This document shows, one piece after another, positions 13,323 to 28,547 of a stretch of 64,000 bases of DNA (its first letter is position 1; each line of letters begins with the position of its first letter). Origin of the DNA: the human T2T-CHM13v2.0 reference genome, Homo sapiens. The stretch is taken from positions 19,936,001-20,000,000 of the forward strand of contig CP068257.2 of the NCBI GenBank assembly GCA_009914755.4, given 5' to 3'. The notes below the pieces were generated by a model. That model did not search any database. It saw only the letters and a program-made list of their open reading frames with translations, and was not told the DNA's origin. A program made the position numbers and the translations under genes.

Positions 13323-14883
13323 CTAAATTGGTACAGGAAACAGTGGGTTGTTGCTATAAGGCTACCCAAAAATGTGGAAACAACTTTGGAACTGGGTAAT
13401 AAGCAGATGTTGGAACAGTTTGTAGAGCTCAGAAGAAGACAGGAAAATGTGGAAAAGTTTGGAACTTCCTAGAGACTTTTTAAATGGCTTTGAACGAAAT
13501 GCTGATAGTGATAGGGACAATGAAGTCCAGGCTGAGGTTGTCTCAGATAAAAATGAGAAACTTGCTGGGAACTGTAAAGGTCACTCTTGTAATGCTTTAG
13601 CAAAGAGACTGGAAGATTTCTGCTCCTGCCCTAGAGATCTGTGGAACTTTGAACTTGAGAGAGATAGTTCAGGGAATCTGGCAGAAGAAACTTCTAAGCA
13701 GCAAAGCATTCAAGACGTGACAGAGTATAAAAGTTTAGAAAATTTGCAGCCAGTCTATGCAGTGGGAAAGAAAGCTCATTTTCTCTGGAGAAACTAAAAT
13801 CTGCTGCAGAAATTCACATAATTAATTAGGACCCAAATGCTAATCACCAAGACAATAGGGAAAATATCTCTAGGGCATGTCAGAAACCTTGCAGGCAGCT
13901 CCTTCCATCACAGGCCCGGAGGTCTAAGAGGTAAAAATAGTTTCCTTCCTGGACCATGCCAAGGGCTCCCAGCTCTGTGCAGTCTCAAGACTTGGTTCCC
14001 TGTGTCCCAGCTACTTCAGCTCCAGCCATGGCTAAAAGAGGCAAAAGTACAGCTCAGGGCATTACTTTAGAGGATGCAAGCCCCAAAACATGGCAGCTTC
14101 CATGTGATGTTGAGCCTGTGGGTGCATTGAAGTCAAGAATTGAGGTTTGAAAACACCACCTACATTTCAGAGGATGTATGGAAATGCCTGGATGTCCAGG
14201 CAGAAGGTTGCTGCAGGGGTGGAGCCCTCATGGAGACTCTCTGCTAGGGCAGTGCAGAAGGGAAATGTGGGGTTGGAACCCCCACATAGTGTCCCCACTG
14301 GGGCACTGCCTACAGGAGCTGTGAGAAGAGGGCCATTGTCTTCCAGACCCTAAAATGGTAGATCCACTGACGGCTTAACACCATGCAACTGGAAAAGCCA
14401 CAGGAACTCAATGCCAGCCTGGAAAAGCAGCCAGGAGGGGAGCTGTAACCTGCAAAGCCACAGGGGCAGAGCTGTCCAAGGCCATGGGAGCCCACCTCTT
14501 GCATCAGCGTTACCTGGATATGTAATGCTGGAATCATGGAGTCAAAGGAGATTATTTTGGAACTTTAATGTTTAATGACTGCCCTACTGGATTTTGGACT
14601 TGCATGGGACTTGTAGCCTCTGTGTTTTGGCCAATTTCTCCCATTTGGAATGGGTGTATTTACTCCATGCCTGACCTCCATTGTATCTAAGAAATAACTA
14701 AGTTTGCTATTGATTTTACAGGCTCGTAGGTGGAAGGGCCTTGCCTTATTTCAGATGAGACTTTGGACTTGGAAATTTGGGTTAATGCTGGAATGAGCTA
14801 AGAGTTTGGGAGAATGTTGGGAAGGCATGATTGTATTTGAAATGTGAAATGGAGGTGAAATTTGGGAGGGGCTAGGGGAAGAA

Positions 14884-15251
14884 TGATATGGTTTGGCTGT
14901 GTCCCCACCCAAATCTCATCTTGAATTACTGGGATTAGTTCCCATAATCCCCACAAGCCAAGAGCAGGTTTAAGTAAAGGTAATTGAATCATGGGGCTGC
15001 TTTCCCTCATGCTGTTCTCCTGATAGTGAGTGAGTTCTCATGAGATCTGATTTTTTTAAGTGTCTGGCATTTCCCCTGCTGGCATTTATTCTCTCTCCTG
15101 CTGCCCTGTGAATAGGTCCCTTCTGTCATGATTGGAAGTTTCCTGAGGCTTTCCCAATAATGCAGAACTGTGAGTCAATTAAACCTTTTTCCTTTTCAAA
15201 TTACCTATTCTCAAGTATTTCTTCATAGCAGCATGAAAACGGACTAATACA
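14884..15251 (+). mobile_element. THE1B 3' LTR
   Basis: 368 bp, tgatatggtttggctgtgtccccacccaaatctcatcttgaatt ... aaacggactaataca. Confidence 0.85.
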
Positions 15252-18200
15252 GTATGTCTGTATAAAAAAAATTAATAAAAGATTCAAAAGCAAGACCCAG
15301 ATGCTAACTTAATCATCCTTTATGAGACGGGGTTTAGTACTTACTGACAAAACTTTATATGTTAAGAAATAGAAGAATAGTTGTTAAAGAAGCAATAAAA
15401 ACTAATACCATTAACATAGGTCACTTCTGTGAATTGAGATTAAAGGTATAGTGAAGAAAGGAAATGATTTAGTTTTCATGTGTATGTTGTGTATTATTTA
15501 TAAATTAGAATAATCTGAAACTGTTTCCACTGACCTCCCAGTTATTCACTTTTTTTTTTTGCCAAACATATGAGAAGTGGATTTTTTCATTCAACTGACT
15601 CTATCCATAGGGAGGAGAAGCACAAATATTTCAGCAATTACTTGATCCTATACTTAGATCCTATACTTAGTTTTGGTCTACTCGTTTACACGAAGTGAGT
15701 ATATCCATTACTTGAATTTGGTAACTACTTCTCTGTGGATGAGTCCCCTAGTCTCTAGTGTAGTTCAGTGTCTTCTCCTAAACTTCAGACTCAGTACAGA
15801 GCTCATCTCATCTTTACTTGAGGAACTCACAGTCATCTTAAACTCATATCCAATACTGACTATCTAAGTTGTTGGAATCATCGGTGAACTAAAAGAATAA
15901 TTAGTCTTAGTTGGTAGTTCTCCCATACAAATAAACCTTTAAGTTCTTTTTATTTAATTTTTCCATGCAAATATTTAACATTGTCTTCTATATATTTTAA
16001 TTCATTGTTTTATTTTAGCCTTTCATCTTTTCTGATCTAGACTCCTACTTATCATCTCCTCCCATATCCTCTGCTCTCAGACATATTTACAACATGGCCA
16101 CCAGAGATCTACCTAAAAATAAAATCCAAGTATGCTTATTCTTTGCTGGAAAGCATTCAATGGCTCCCCTTAACCTAGAATTTATAGGTGAAAGCCATAC
16201 TGCAATGATTATGTGACCCTCCATGTTATCTGTGTCTTCAAACCTTTTTAAACTTCCTCCGTTGTATTTTCTGTTTGGACAATTTTGAATAACTTACCCT
16301 ATCCTACTATCCTACATATATGCAAATACCACATTGTTTCTTTTTTCCACACCTATGTTATCTTCTCACTGTCCTGTTCCTTAGGCTCTTAACCTGCTCT
16401 CAAGTGGTCTGTATGACTTGTTGTCCATGGCTGGTGATGTACACTTTCTAAATACTCACATCCACATATGACCATGTGTACTTAGTACACATTTTACTTT
16501 CCAGTTTGTCTTAGAATAATCTTTTCTGTGGATCTATTTTTCAACCAGATTGCTGACTTCTTGGTGTCTGCATATATGTCTTGATTACTCTCATCTTGTT
16601 AACAACATCAAATCAATATCAATAATTAAATAATTATTTAATGAACAAATGGCCCATTGGTGGTTCTGTTATTAATGGCACAAAATAACTCTTACATGTC
16701 AGAAGGGATGTTCTTAAACTGTCAGTACTTCTAAGCACTTAAATGAACACCTTTAAAAATAATCATAGCTAAGTGTATTGCATGGAAATTATTTTTAAGA
16801 GATTGAAAATGATAACTGGAATATTTAATGCAGAGGAGGGTAAATAAGAAACTTTTTTTCTCATTTTGTGGGTTGCTCCAGTCGTAAGAAAACTGTTTTT
16901 TTGAGCAGGTGCCTCCAGTTGTTAGTCTGCAGGAGGTTATTCAAAACTGGGGCACACTGGGTTAGTTTCCATGGAAGCAGAAATTAACCCCCAGGAACCT
17001 CATACGTTTTTAACACCATCCGGAGGACATCTGGTATAGCACCCATCAGAAACAACAACTGAGGCAAATTCCCACTATAAAATACAAGTAGAAGGAAGAG
17101 CAGTCACCTTCATAATCATTTCTTACACTACTATAAATCTTCCTTTGAAATGATGTATGTTTTATCAGAATATTCAGAGTAAATTGCTATAATTTAATTT
17201 TTTGAAGTATTCTTTTCCCAAATCATAAATTATCTTAATGTAAATTATTATAGACTAGTCATAAATATTTAAGATTGATAAACTTTTTGGCAAATACTTT
17301 ATCCGTGCTTTTACTCTTCACATGGATAAATTTAAAATTTTTCTTTTTTAAACATTTATATATGCCTTAGCCATATTTTTCAAGAAATGTTTCAAGAACT
17401 CAGAAAAAGATTGGACAAGGATTATACACTTGTTAGGAAAAAATTCTTTTAAGGATTATATTGAATTTATTTAACAATCTCTGCCAGGCATTGTTGAAGT
17501 GTTTTGTAATACTGTCTCATTTAATACTACATATTTGTAAACATTAACTTATTTAATTCTTATAACAACCATATAAACGGAAATATTATCATCTACTCCC
17601 TTTCACAAATAAGGAAGCTCAGGCTGAGACTGATTATGACATTTTGCTATGTCAAACAGTTAAATGGTGGCAAAGTCAGAATTTTACTGGTCAGTCTGGA
17701 ACCAGAGTTCAAGCCACCTACAACTATATCATGTTACTTCCCTCTTGTTTTTGTCAAAGACAGGAAATGAATGTTCCAAGAAGCAAAGGACTAAGGAGGG
17801 CTGTGTGGATCTCATCTCATACAGAGATTTGAGATTTTGAAAGAATGAAAAGGACATGAATGGAATTCTTATCACAGATTCTTCCTCTTGTATTTTTTAT
17901 TGTTCTCATCTGGAATCTGGAACTTCTTAAGCTTCTCTTTCAGCCCTTTATTTCTGTGACCTTCACTGCAGTAAGATTGCCTGGTGAACCTCTACATCAT
18001 AAAGAAATAATTTCATTTAATAACCAGATCTGTAGCAAAACTGCCTCTTGCTTTCTCACATCTATTTTAACATTGACTTTGAGAAGTACAATGAAAGAAT
18101 TAAGAATTTAAGCAGAACAGTATCCTGTTGCAGACATTGTAAATGTCAATATATTGCAAAATTAAACTAAATTCAAAATAGTATTTTTCCAGCTATATCA

Positions 18201-19379
18201 ATTGAAATGTCCTGGGATCAATTTTATTCCATGATTCATACAAGCATCTGAATTCTTGTTTCTAATACTGTTTCCCACTAAACAGAATCACGACTCCTTA
18301 GAGAAATGGCTGATTTGATATTTGATATTTGAAAGGTAAAAGGTTAGCCTCAAACACATTGCTATGTCAGAAACCAAGACGTCTTTTAAGTATAAAAGGT
18401 TCATGTTGAAGGGCCAAGCTAAACTTACAGAAACATTGGCCAAGTAGAGACAATTTTAGATTAAAAGAATATTAAGTTTGTCTAATTTACAGTGAATATG
18501 AAAAATTATAAATAATGAAACAAAAAATACTATGTTAACCAAGTGTATTAATGAAGATGAAGAAAACAATGCATTTCCATTGAGTCTTGTTCATTAATCA
18601 TTTTGTTATCACTGACTAATTTATTTTACCAAGAAAAATGTAAAAATTAGTAAATATAAATAAAATAGTTAGAAAGCATGGTCTAACTTGACTGACTTGG
18701 AATGACCTTCTGTTTTCATGGCTGGTCATGCAAGTATCCTAAATTCAACTGGATACAGTTTTAAGTACCTTTAAGAGTTTTATTGCCCTAAGATAATAGA
18801 ATGGTGAACATTTATGAGGTTCAAATGAATTTATAATTACATATTTTAAAGCTAAGACATTCAGAACGGCAGAGTGATGATGTGGGGAGGTTGGAAGACA
18901 CCCTCCCTACTAAATAGCCATTAAGGATGTGGAAATCATAAGCAACCATTTGAAGTCTCTGTAAATGGTGCTAAGGGCATACATCAAATGGAGAAACATT
19001 TATTTAGGAAAATCTGCTCTGTCTCAGTAGAAACAATGCCGGTGGTGTTTGGCCACAACTTGTTCCCTTCAACTGCAGAGCGGTATGATGGAAGCTCTAC
19101 TTCAGCTTGGTGTAATTAAGAAGATGATCTCCTTCTCCCTATAGGTTTCATCACAGTTTGGGACTACAGTTTTATCTAGGGAGGGACAGACAGCAGAAAC
19201 TCTTATACCACCTAACCCTGTATTGCAGAAGCTGTATTTCAGCAAATCCATCGAAGAGCGGAGCACTGGTGTTCATCTCCCCTACAAAGCCCTCAAGAGT
19301 AACATAATACAAAAATACTGGACTCCAGTCACTGTGACATAGTTCACACTTTTGATGAAATTTCCAAGACTGACTAATG

Positions 19380-22130
19380 TTCCCTTAAAATAAGGAATAA
19401 GGCAAGGATGTCATCACTCACCACTTACGTTCAACATTTTATTAGAAGTCCTAAACATGGAAATTAGGCAAAACCATGAAATAAAAAGCCATTTAAATTG
19501 GAAAAGAAGCATTAAAATTATTTTTATTTGTATATGGAATTATAATATATATTAAAAATTACTATAGACTAACCATAAAAGTCCAAAAATGAAATTAAGA
19601 CAATAATGCCACTTGTAATAGTATGAAGAATAAAATACTTAGAAATAAATTTAACAAAACAAGCTTGATACTTTTACACTGAAAAGTAAAATTAAATATT
19701 GAAAGAAATTAAAGAAGATCTAAATAAATGGAAACACAATCCAAGTTTTGAATCAGAAAACAGTATTTTTAAGGTGGCAATATTACCAAAATCAAAAAAT
19801 CCATGTGAAAACCCTGGATTTGTTATATGACAAATTGATCCTAAAAGTCATGTGGATATGCAAGTGTTATGGAATAAATTTTGTTCCTCAAAATTTATAT
19901 TAATAAAGTCCAAACCACTAGTATCTCAGAATTTGACAGTGTTTAGTATTAGGGTCTTTAAAGAGGTAATGAAATTAAAATGAGGTCACCAGAGTGGGTC
20001 ATAATCTAATATAAATTATGTCCTTGTAAGAAGAGAAAAATTGAACACAGGTAGACACAGAGGGAAGACCATGTGAAGACATGGGAGAAGATGGACATCT
20101 ATAAGTCAAGGAAAGAGGCTTCAGGAGAAATTAACTCTACCAAAACCTTGATCTCAGATTTAAGTCTTCAGAATAGTGAGGAAATGTTTTTAAGCCACCT
20201 AGTTCATAGTACTTTGCTTTAGTAACCCTAGCAAATTAACACAAAAAGAACATAGAATACCCAAAACAATCTTGAAAAAGGAAAAAAGTTGGAAGTCTCA
20301 TACTTCCAGATTTCATAACTGACTGTGAAGCTACAGTAATCAAAACAGTGTGATACTGCAATAGAATAGACATGTAAATCCATGAAATAGAACTGAAAGT
20401 ACAGAAATAAGTTCTCATATTTACAGTAAATCAATTTTTACAAAGGTGCCAAACCAGTTCTATATATAAAATATCCCTTTCAAAAAATGATGCTATGATG
20501 ACTGGATTTACACATTGAAAAGAATATGTAAGAGTCCTTCTTCACACCATACACTGAAATTTCCCAATCATATATTGGAGAAATTAAATGTAAGAGATTA
20601 AATTAAAAATTTTTTATTATACTTTAAGTTTTAGAGTACATGTGCACAATGTGCAGGTTTGTTACATATGTATACATGTGCCATGTTGGTGTGCTGCACC
20701 CATTAACTCGTCATTTAACATTGGGTATATCTCCTAATGCTATCCCTGCCCCCTCCCCCCACCCCACAACCAACCCAAATGTCCAACAATGATAGACTGG
20801 ATTAAGAAAATGTGGCACATATACACCATGGAATACTATGCAGCCATAAAAAATGATGAGTTCATGTCCTTTGTAGGGACATGGATGAAGCTGGAAACCA
20901 TTATTCTCAGCAAACTATTGCAAGAACAAAAAGCCAAACACCGCATGTTCTCACTCATAGGTAGGAATTGAACAATAAAAAATTTTTAGAAAAACAGGAG
21001 TAAATCTTAGAAGAAAACTTAGGAATATATGATTTTAAGTTAAGCAATGATTTCTTAGATCTGACACCAATAGCACAAATGACAAAAGAAGAAAACCATA
21101 AATTATACATACTCATAATTTTAAATTTTTGTGCTGTAAATGATAGTATCCAGGAATTGAAAACAAAGAGAATGGGAATCAATATTTTAAAATTATGTAT
21201 CTGATAAGCCATATGCTTCCAGAATACATAAAGGGCACTTACAGCTCATTAGTAAAAATATAAATAATCTAATTAAAAATGGACAAAAGATCAGAATAGA
21301 AATTTCTTCAAAAAAATGTTAAATAGCCAATAATCACATTAAAAATTGCTCAACATAATTAGTCAAATGGGAAAATGCAACACGAAACTGCAGTGAGATG
21401 ATGCTTCATGCCTCCTAAGATGGCTATGATGAAAGACATCTAACAAACATTGTCAAGGATGTGAAAAAATGTTATCCTCATAAATTCCTGGTGGTAAAGA
21501 AGCGCAGCTGTTTTAGAAAACATTCTGGCAGTTCCTCAAAGGGTTAAACATAAACTTACCATATGACCTAGTAATTCCACTTCTAGGTAAATCTAAGAGA
21601 TATAAAAACATTTGTCCATTCAAAAACTTCTACATTAATCTTCATAGTAACACTATTCTTAATAGCCAAAAGGTTGAGACAACCTCAGTTTTCATTAACA
21701 ATGGATAAATAAAATGTAGTATATTCATACAATAGGATAACATTAATATAAGAAATAAAGTATTGAAGTATGCTCCAACATGGATTAATCTTGAAAACAT
21801 TATGCTAAGTGAAAAAAGTCAGCCACAAAGGACTACATATTGTATGATTCCATTTATCTGAAACGTCCATTAAAGGCAAATACATACAGGCAGAAGTTAG
21901 ACTGGTGGTTGCCCAGGGCTGGGGATTTCAGGTGCAAGAGGAAACAACTGCTAATGAATATGGAGTTTCTTGTTGGGGTGTCAAGTACGTTGTGAAATTT
22001 TTTTTGCCACGATGGTTGTACAACTCAGTGAATATATATTTTAAAAAACACTAAGTAGTACCCTGTAAGGGAATAAATTGTATGTTAAGTAAAATATCTC
22101 ATTAAAATTGTGTCAAAATTATAGTTCTAG
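19380..22130 (+). mobile_element. Older L1 (L1M-type) ORF2 / 3' end fragment; hosts a nested younger L1 at 20610-20976
   Basis: + strand translation shows degraded L1 ORF2: ...KVGSLILPDFITDCEATVIKTV*YCNRIDM*IHEIELKVQK... and, downstream of the nested element, ...LPYDLVIPLLGKSKRYKNICPFKNFYINLHSNTILNSQKVETTSVFINNG*IKCSIFIQ*DNINIRNKVLKYAPTWINLENIMLSEKSQPQRTTYCMIPF.... The 3' UTR ends near 22130. Confidence 0.7.
20610..20976 (-). mobile_element. Young L1 (L1PA-like) 3'-end insertion with a twin-priming-type 5' inversion, nested in the L1M
   Basis: + strand reads: poly-T (20610-20615); antisense L1 3' UTR (tttattatactttaagttttagagtacatgtgcacaatgtgcaggtttgttacatatgtatacatgtgccatgttggtgtgctgcacccattaactcgtcatttaacattgggtatatctcctaatgctatccctgccccctccccccaccccacaacc); then sense ORF2 C-terminus (MIDWIKKMWHIYTMEYYAAIKNDEFMSFVGTWMKLETIILSKL...HRMFSLIG). 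In the element's own orientation this is inverted ORF2-end + sense 3' UTR + polyA. Confidence 0.75.
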
Positions 22131-23045
22131 GATCCCTTTAAGTTAAAATTTTTAGGGCTAACAGGAAAAAACTTTATTAATATGGTTAGAAGCTACAGTC
22201 TTCTATTAAAGGAACTAAATAACCTGAACAACTAGAGGTGGCATAATAATCATTCCCCTTTTGGAGTTATGGAATAATTCATAGAATGACTATAAACAGA
22301 GCTTAGCACATTCCATAAGGGTCTCAAACAAGGATTTGGGAAACCTCAGATTTAAGTCTTGGTAGTTGGTAAAAAACAAATAGAAAAAAAAAACAAAAAA
22401 TGTGGTAAGTAGTCTCTAAAGATAATGATAATTATGTGAGCTCAATTTAATTGACAGTGGGGCTTACACCATATTCTTCCAATGCTTACAGTCATTGCTC
22501 AAAACTACCTTCTCTTTTGACGTCCTTTTCTACAGAACTGAGGGCTTCTAGACAAAGGCTCGACTTCACACCATCATAGCCATATCAGCTGAATCTTCTG
22601 TCAATTAGTAATACCACAAAAATATGGAAAGCCCAGAAGGACAGTGTTATGTTTCTAGTACACAAATAGAAGCTTTAGGATTGCAGTTGAAAGGGAGAAT
22701 AGCTGTGGTATCCACAGTTAACTGAGTGAAGACCACAATAAAGACTCAAAAATGGTGTAGTGAAAAAATTACTGGACAATAAATTCAATATGGCATTTAC
22801 AATCTTGTTTTCAGTTGAGTGATTCTAACAAAGAGATCTTCTTTTGACAATATTTATTTTCTTCAAAAAATTATACTGAAGAATTACTGTTCTCATGTAA
22901 TATGCAACAGTGCCATTGCCTTTGTGGAATTCCCTCTCCTACAATGTGAATTGGATTTAGAGACTCCCCATGTAACAAATACAAAAAACGAGAAGTTAGT
23001 GGATGTCAATCCACTATTAGGACATTGTATTAGTCCATTTTCATG

Positions 23046-25307
23046 CTGCTGAGAAAGACATGCCTGAGACTGGGCAATTTACTAAAGGAAGAGGTGTAAT
23101 GGACTTAGAGTTCCACATGACTTGGAAAGCCTCACAATCATGGCTGAAGGCAAAGAGGAGCAAGTCATATCTTACACGGATGGCAGCAGGCACAGAAAGA
23201 GTTTCTGCAGGGCGACTACCATTTTTAAAATGATCAGATCTTGTGAGACTCATTCATTACCACAAGAACTGTGCAGGAAGCCCCGCCCCCCATAATTCAA
23301 TCACTTCCCACCAGGTTCCTTCCACGATATATGGGAATTGTGGGAGTTATAATTCAATATGAGATTTGGGTGGGGACACAGTCAAACCATATCATTCTGC
23401 CCCTGGCCCCTTCCAGATCTCATGTCCTCACATTTCAAAACCAGTCATTCCTTCCTAGCAGTCCCCCAAAGTCTTAACTCATTTCAGCATTAACTCAAAA
23501 GTCCAGAGTCCAGTGTCTCATCTGAAACAAGGCAAGTCCTTCTGCCTATGAGCCTGTAAAATCAAAAGCAAATTAGTTACTTTCTAGATGCAATGGGGAT
23601 ACAGGCATTTGGTAAATACACCCATTCCAAATGGGAGAAATTTGTCAAAACAAAGGGGCTACAGGTTCCATGAAAGTCTGACATCCAGCAGGGCAGTCAA
23701 ATCTCAAGTCTCCAAAATGATCTTCTTTGATTCTATGTCTAACATCCAGGTCACAATCATGCAAGAGGTAGGTTGCCATGCTATTGGGGCAGCTCTGTCC
23801 CTGTGGCTTTGCAGGGCACAGCCTCCTTCTGGGCTGCTTTCACGGGCTGGCTTTGAGTGTCTTTGGCTTTTCCAGGCACAAGGTACAAGGTGTGCATGGA
23901 TCTACCATTCTGGGGTCTGGAGGATGGTGGCCCTCTTCTTACATCTCCACTAGGCAGTGCCTCAGTAGGGACTCCAAGTGTGAGCTCCAACCCATTTCCC
24001 TTCTGCTCTACTTTAGCAGAGGTTCTCCATGAGAGCCCCACCACTGCAGCAAACTTCTGTCTGGACATCCAGGCATTTTCATACATCCTCTGAAATCTAG
24101 GTGAAGGTTCCCAAATCCCAATTTATGACCTCTGTGCACTCACAGGCTCAATACCACATGGAAGCTGTCAAGGCTTGGGGCTTGCACCCTCTGGAGCCAT
24201 GGCTTGAGCTGTACCTTGGCTCATTTTAGTCATGGCTGGAATGGCTGGGACACTGAGCACCAAGTCCCTAGACTGGACACAGCATGGGGACCCTGGGCCT
24301 GGCCCACAAAACCATTTTTTCCTCCTTGGCCTTTGGGACTGAGATGGGAGGGGGTGCCGTGAAGACCTCTGACATGCCCTGGAGGCATTTTCCCCATAGT
24401 CTTGGGGACTAACTTGTTATTTATGCAAATTTCTGCAGCCAGCTTGAATTTCTCCTCAGAAAATAGGATTTTCTTTTCATCACATTGTCAGGCTGCAAAT
24501 TTTCTGAACTTTTATGCTATGTTTCTCTTATAAAACTGAATGCCTTTACCAGTACCCAAGTCACCTCTTGAATGCTTTGCTGCTTAGAAACTTCTTCTGC
24601 TAATTACCCTAAATCATCTCCCTCAAGTTCAAAGTTCTGCATATCTCTAGGGCAGGGGCAAAATGCCACCAGTCTGTTTGCTAAAACATAACAAGAGTCA
24701 CCTTACATCCAGCTTGCAACAAGTTCCTCATCTCCATCTGAGACCACCTCAGCCTGGATTTTGTTGTCAATATTATTATCAGCATCTTGGTCAAAGCCAC
24801 TCAACAAGTCTCTAGGAAGTTCCAAACTTTCCACATTTTGCTGTCTTCTCCTGAGCCCTCCAAACTGTTCCAGCCACTCCCTGTTACCCAGTTCAAAAGT
24901 CTCTTCCACATTTCCTAGTATCTTTTCAACAACGACCCACTCTATTGGTATGAATTTACTGTATTAGGCCATTTTCATACGCTGATAAATACATACCTGA
25001 GACTGGACAATTTCCAAAAAAAGAGGTTTACTGTTCCACCTGGCTAGGGAGGCCTCACAATCATTGTGGAAGGCAAGCAGACACAATTCATATCTTACAT
25101 GGATGACACCGGGAAAAGAGAGAGCTTGTTCAGAGAAACTCCCATTTTTAAAACCATCAGATATCGTGAGACTCATTTACTATAATAAGAACAATGCAGG
25201 AAAGACCTGCTCCCATAATTCAATTCCATTCCACTGGGTTCGTCCTTGAATTGTGGAAGTTACAATTCAAGATGAGATTTGGATGGTGACATAGCCAAAC
25301 CATATCA
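23046..25307 (-). mobile_element. Full-length THE1/MST-family ERVL-MaLR element (LTR-internal-LTR, ~2.26 kb), minus strand
   Basis: LTRs at 23046-23394 and 24960-25307; on + they read tgtattag(t/g)ccattttcat ... ccaaaccatatca, the reverse complement of the tgatatggtttgg... start. The internal region in reverse complement encodes LELPRDLLSGFDQDADNNIDNKIQAEVVSDGDEELVASW (ORF 24703..24909 -), homologous to the other THE1 internal regions. Flanks gacat / gccat are a possible 5-bp TSD. Confidence 0.8.
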
Positions 25308-26236
25308 GCCATGAAAGACCATGAGAGACTCTCTCTCTTTTTGTTCCCTCTCTCTCTATCTTCCCTTAATTTATGCTTTCTGTCTCTCAGATTTCTTATT
25401 CTGGGGAAAGCAATATCTCACACAATGAGAAGTTCTATGGAGAGGCCCACAAGGCAAGGAACTGATAATTTCAGGCAACGGCTTTGTGAATGAATTTAGA
25501 AGAGGATTCTTGCCCAGTCAACCCCAGAGATAAATGCAGTCTTGGTTGATACCTTCTTTACAGCCTTAGAAAGACCTTGAACAGGAAACACCCAGCTAAG
25601 CCCCTTTCAGATTCCTGATAATCAGGAGCTGTGTGAGTATAAGTATTTTTTTACTTTAAATCACTAAATTTTGTGGTAATTTCTTATGTGGCAGTAGATA
25701 ATTAATTCCCCTAATAAAGAAATTATAATAGACTAAGGAGAATGAGCTATAAATGTGTACATTTATATATCCACAGAGGGAAGAATGATCAGTTATTTTT
25801 TACTCCCCCAAATCAATAGGAGATTATGTCACAGATTCTGACATTTCAAATCTTTTCAATCTTTACTTACAAATACTCTGATGATTTTCTCCCTCGCTGT
25901 AAAACTCTTTTGTTTATTCTTCTGAACAAATATTGTGAGTCTCCTTATTTTCACACATATTTGAATCTTTTTTTAACAAATATAAGTTTTACAATATTTA
26001 ATTTATCAGACTTGTTTTTGAAATACATATTAAATCTTGTTTACTCTGTCTCCTTTCTTCAAATATACATTTAAAATATCTTTAAAAATTCATATGTACT
26101 TGACTTTGTATCTTTACATTCCTCACATTTTCAAACTGTATACTTCAATCACTTTAAATATGTATATACATAGATATAGATATTAGCCAATTCTTTTATG
26201 TTTGTGTATTTGTGAGTAAAAGAGCCTTCTTATTCT

Positions 26237-28547
<2,311 letters not shown>

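Larger units (their letters stand above)
12983..15251 (+). mobile_element. Full-length THE1B-like ERVL-MaLR element (LTR-internal-LTR, ~2.27 kb) with 5-bp TSD GTATG, inserted 5 bp from the 3' end of Tigger1
   Basis: Direct LTRs at 12983-13322 and 14884-15251; both start tgatat(a/g)gtttggctgtgtcccc and end ...(g/a)a(c/t)taataca. The internal region carries the THE1-int ORF remnant LELPRDFLNGFERNADSDRDNEVQAEVVSDKNEKLAGN. gtatg lies immediately outside both LTRs (12978-12982 and 15252-15256). Confidence 0.85.

Noticed and set aside
16050-16320. Possible MIR/L2-like ancient repeat in unique region
   Set aside because: Similarity too weak to support from memory.
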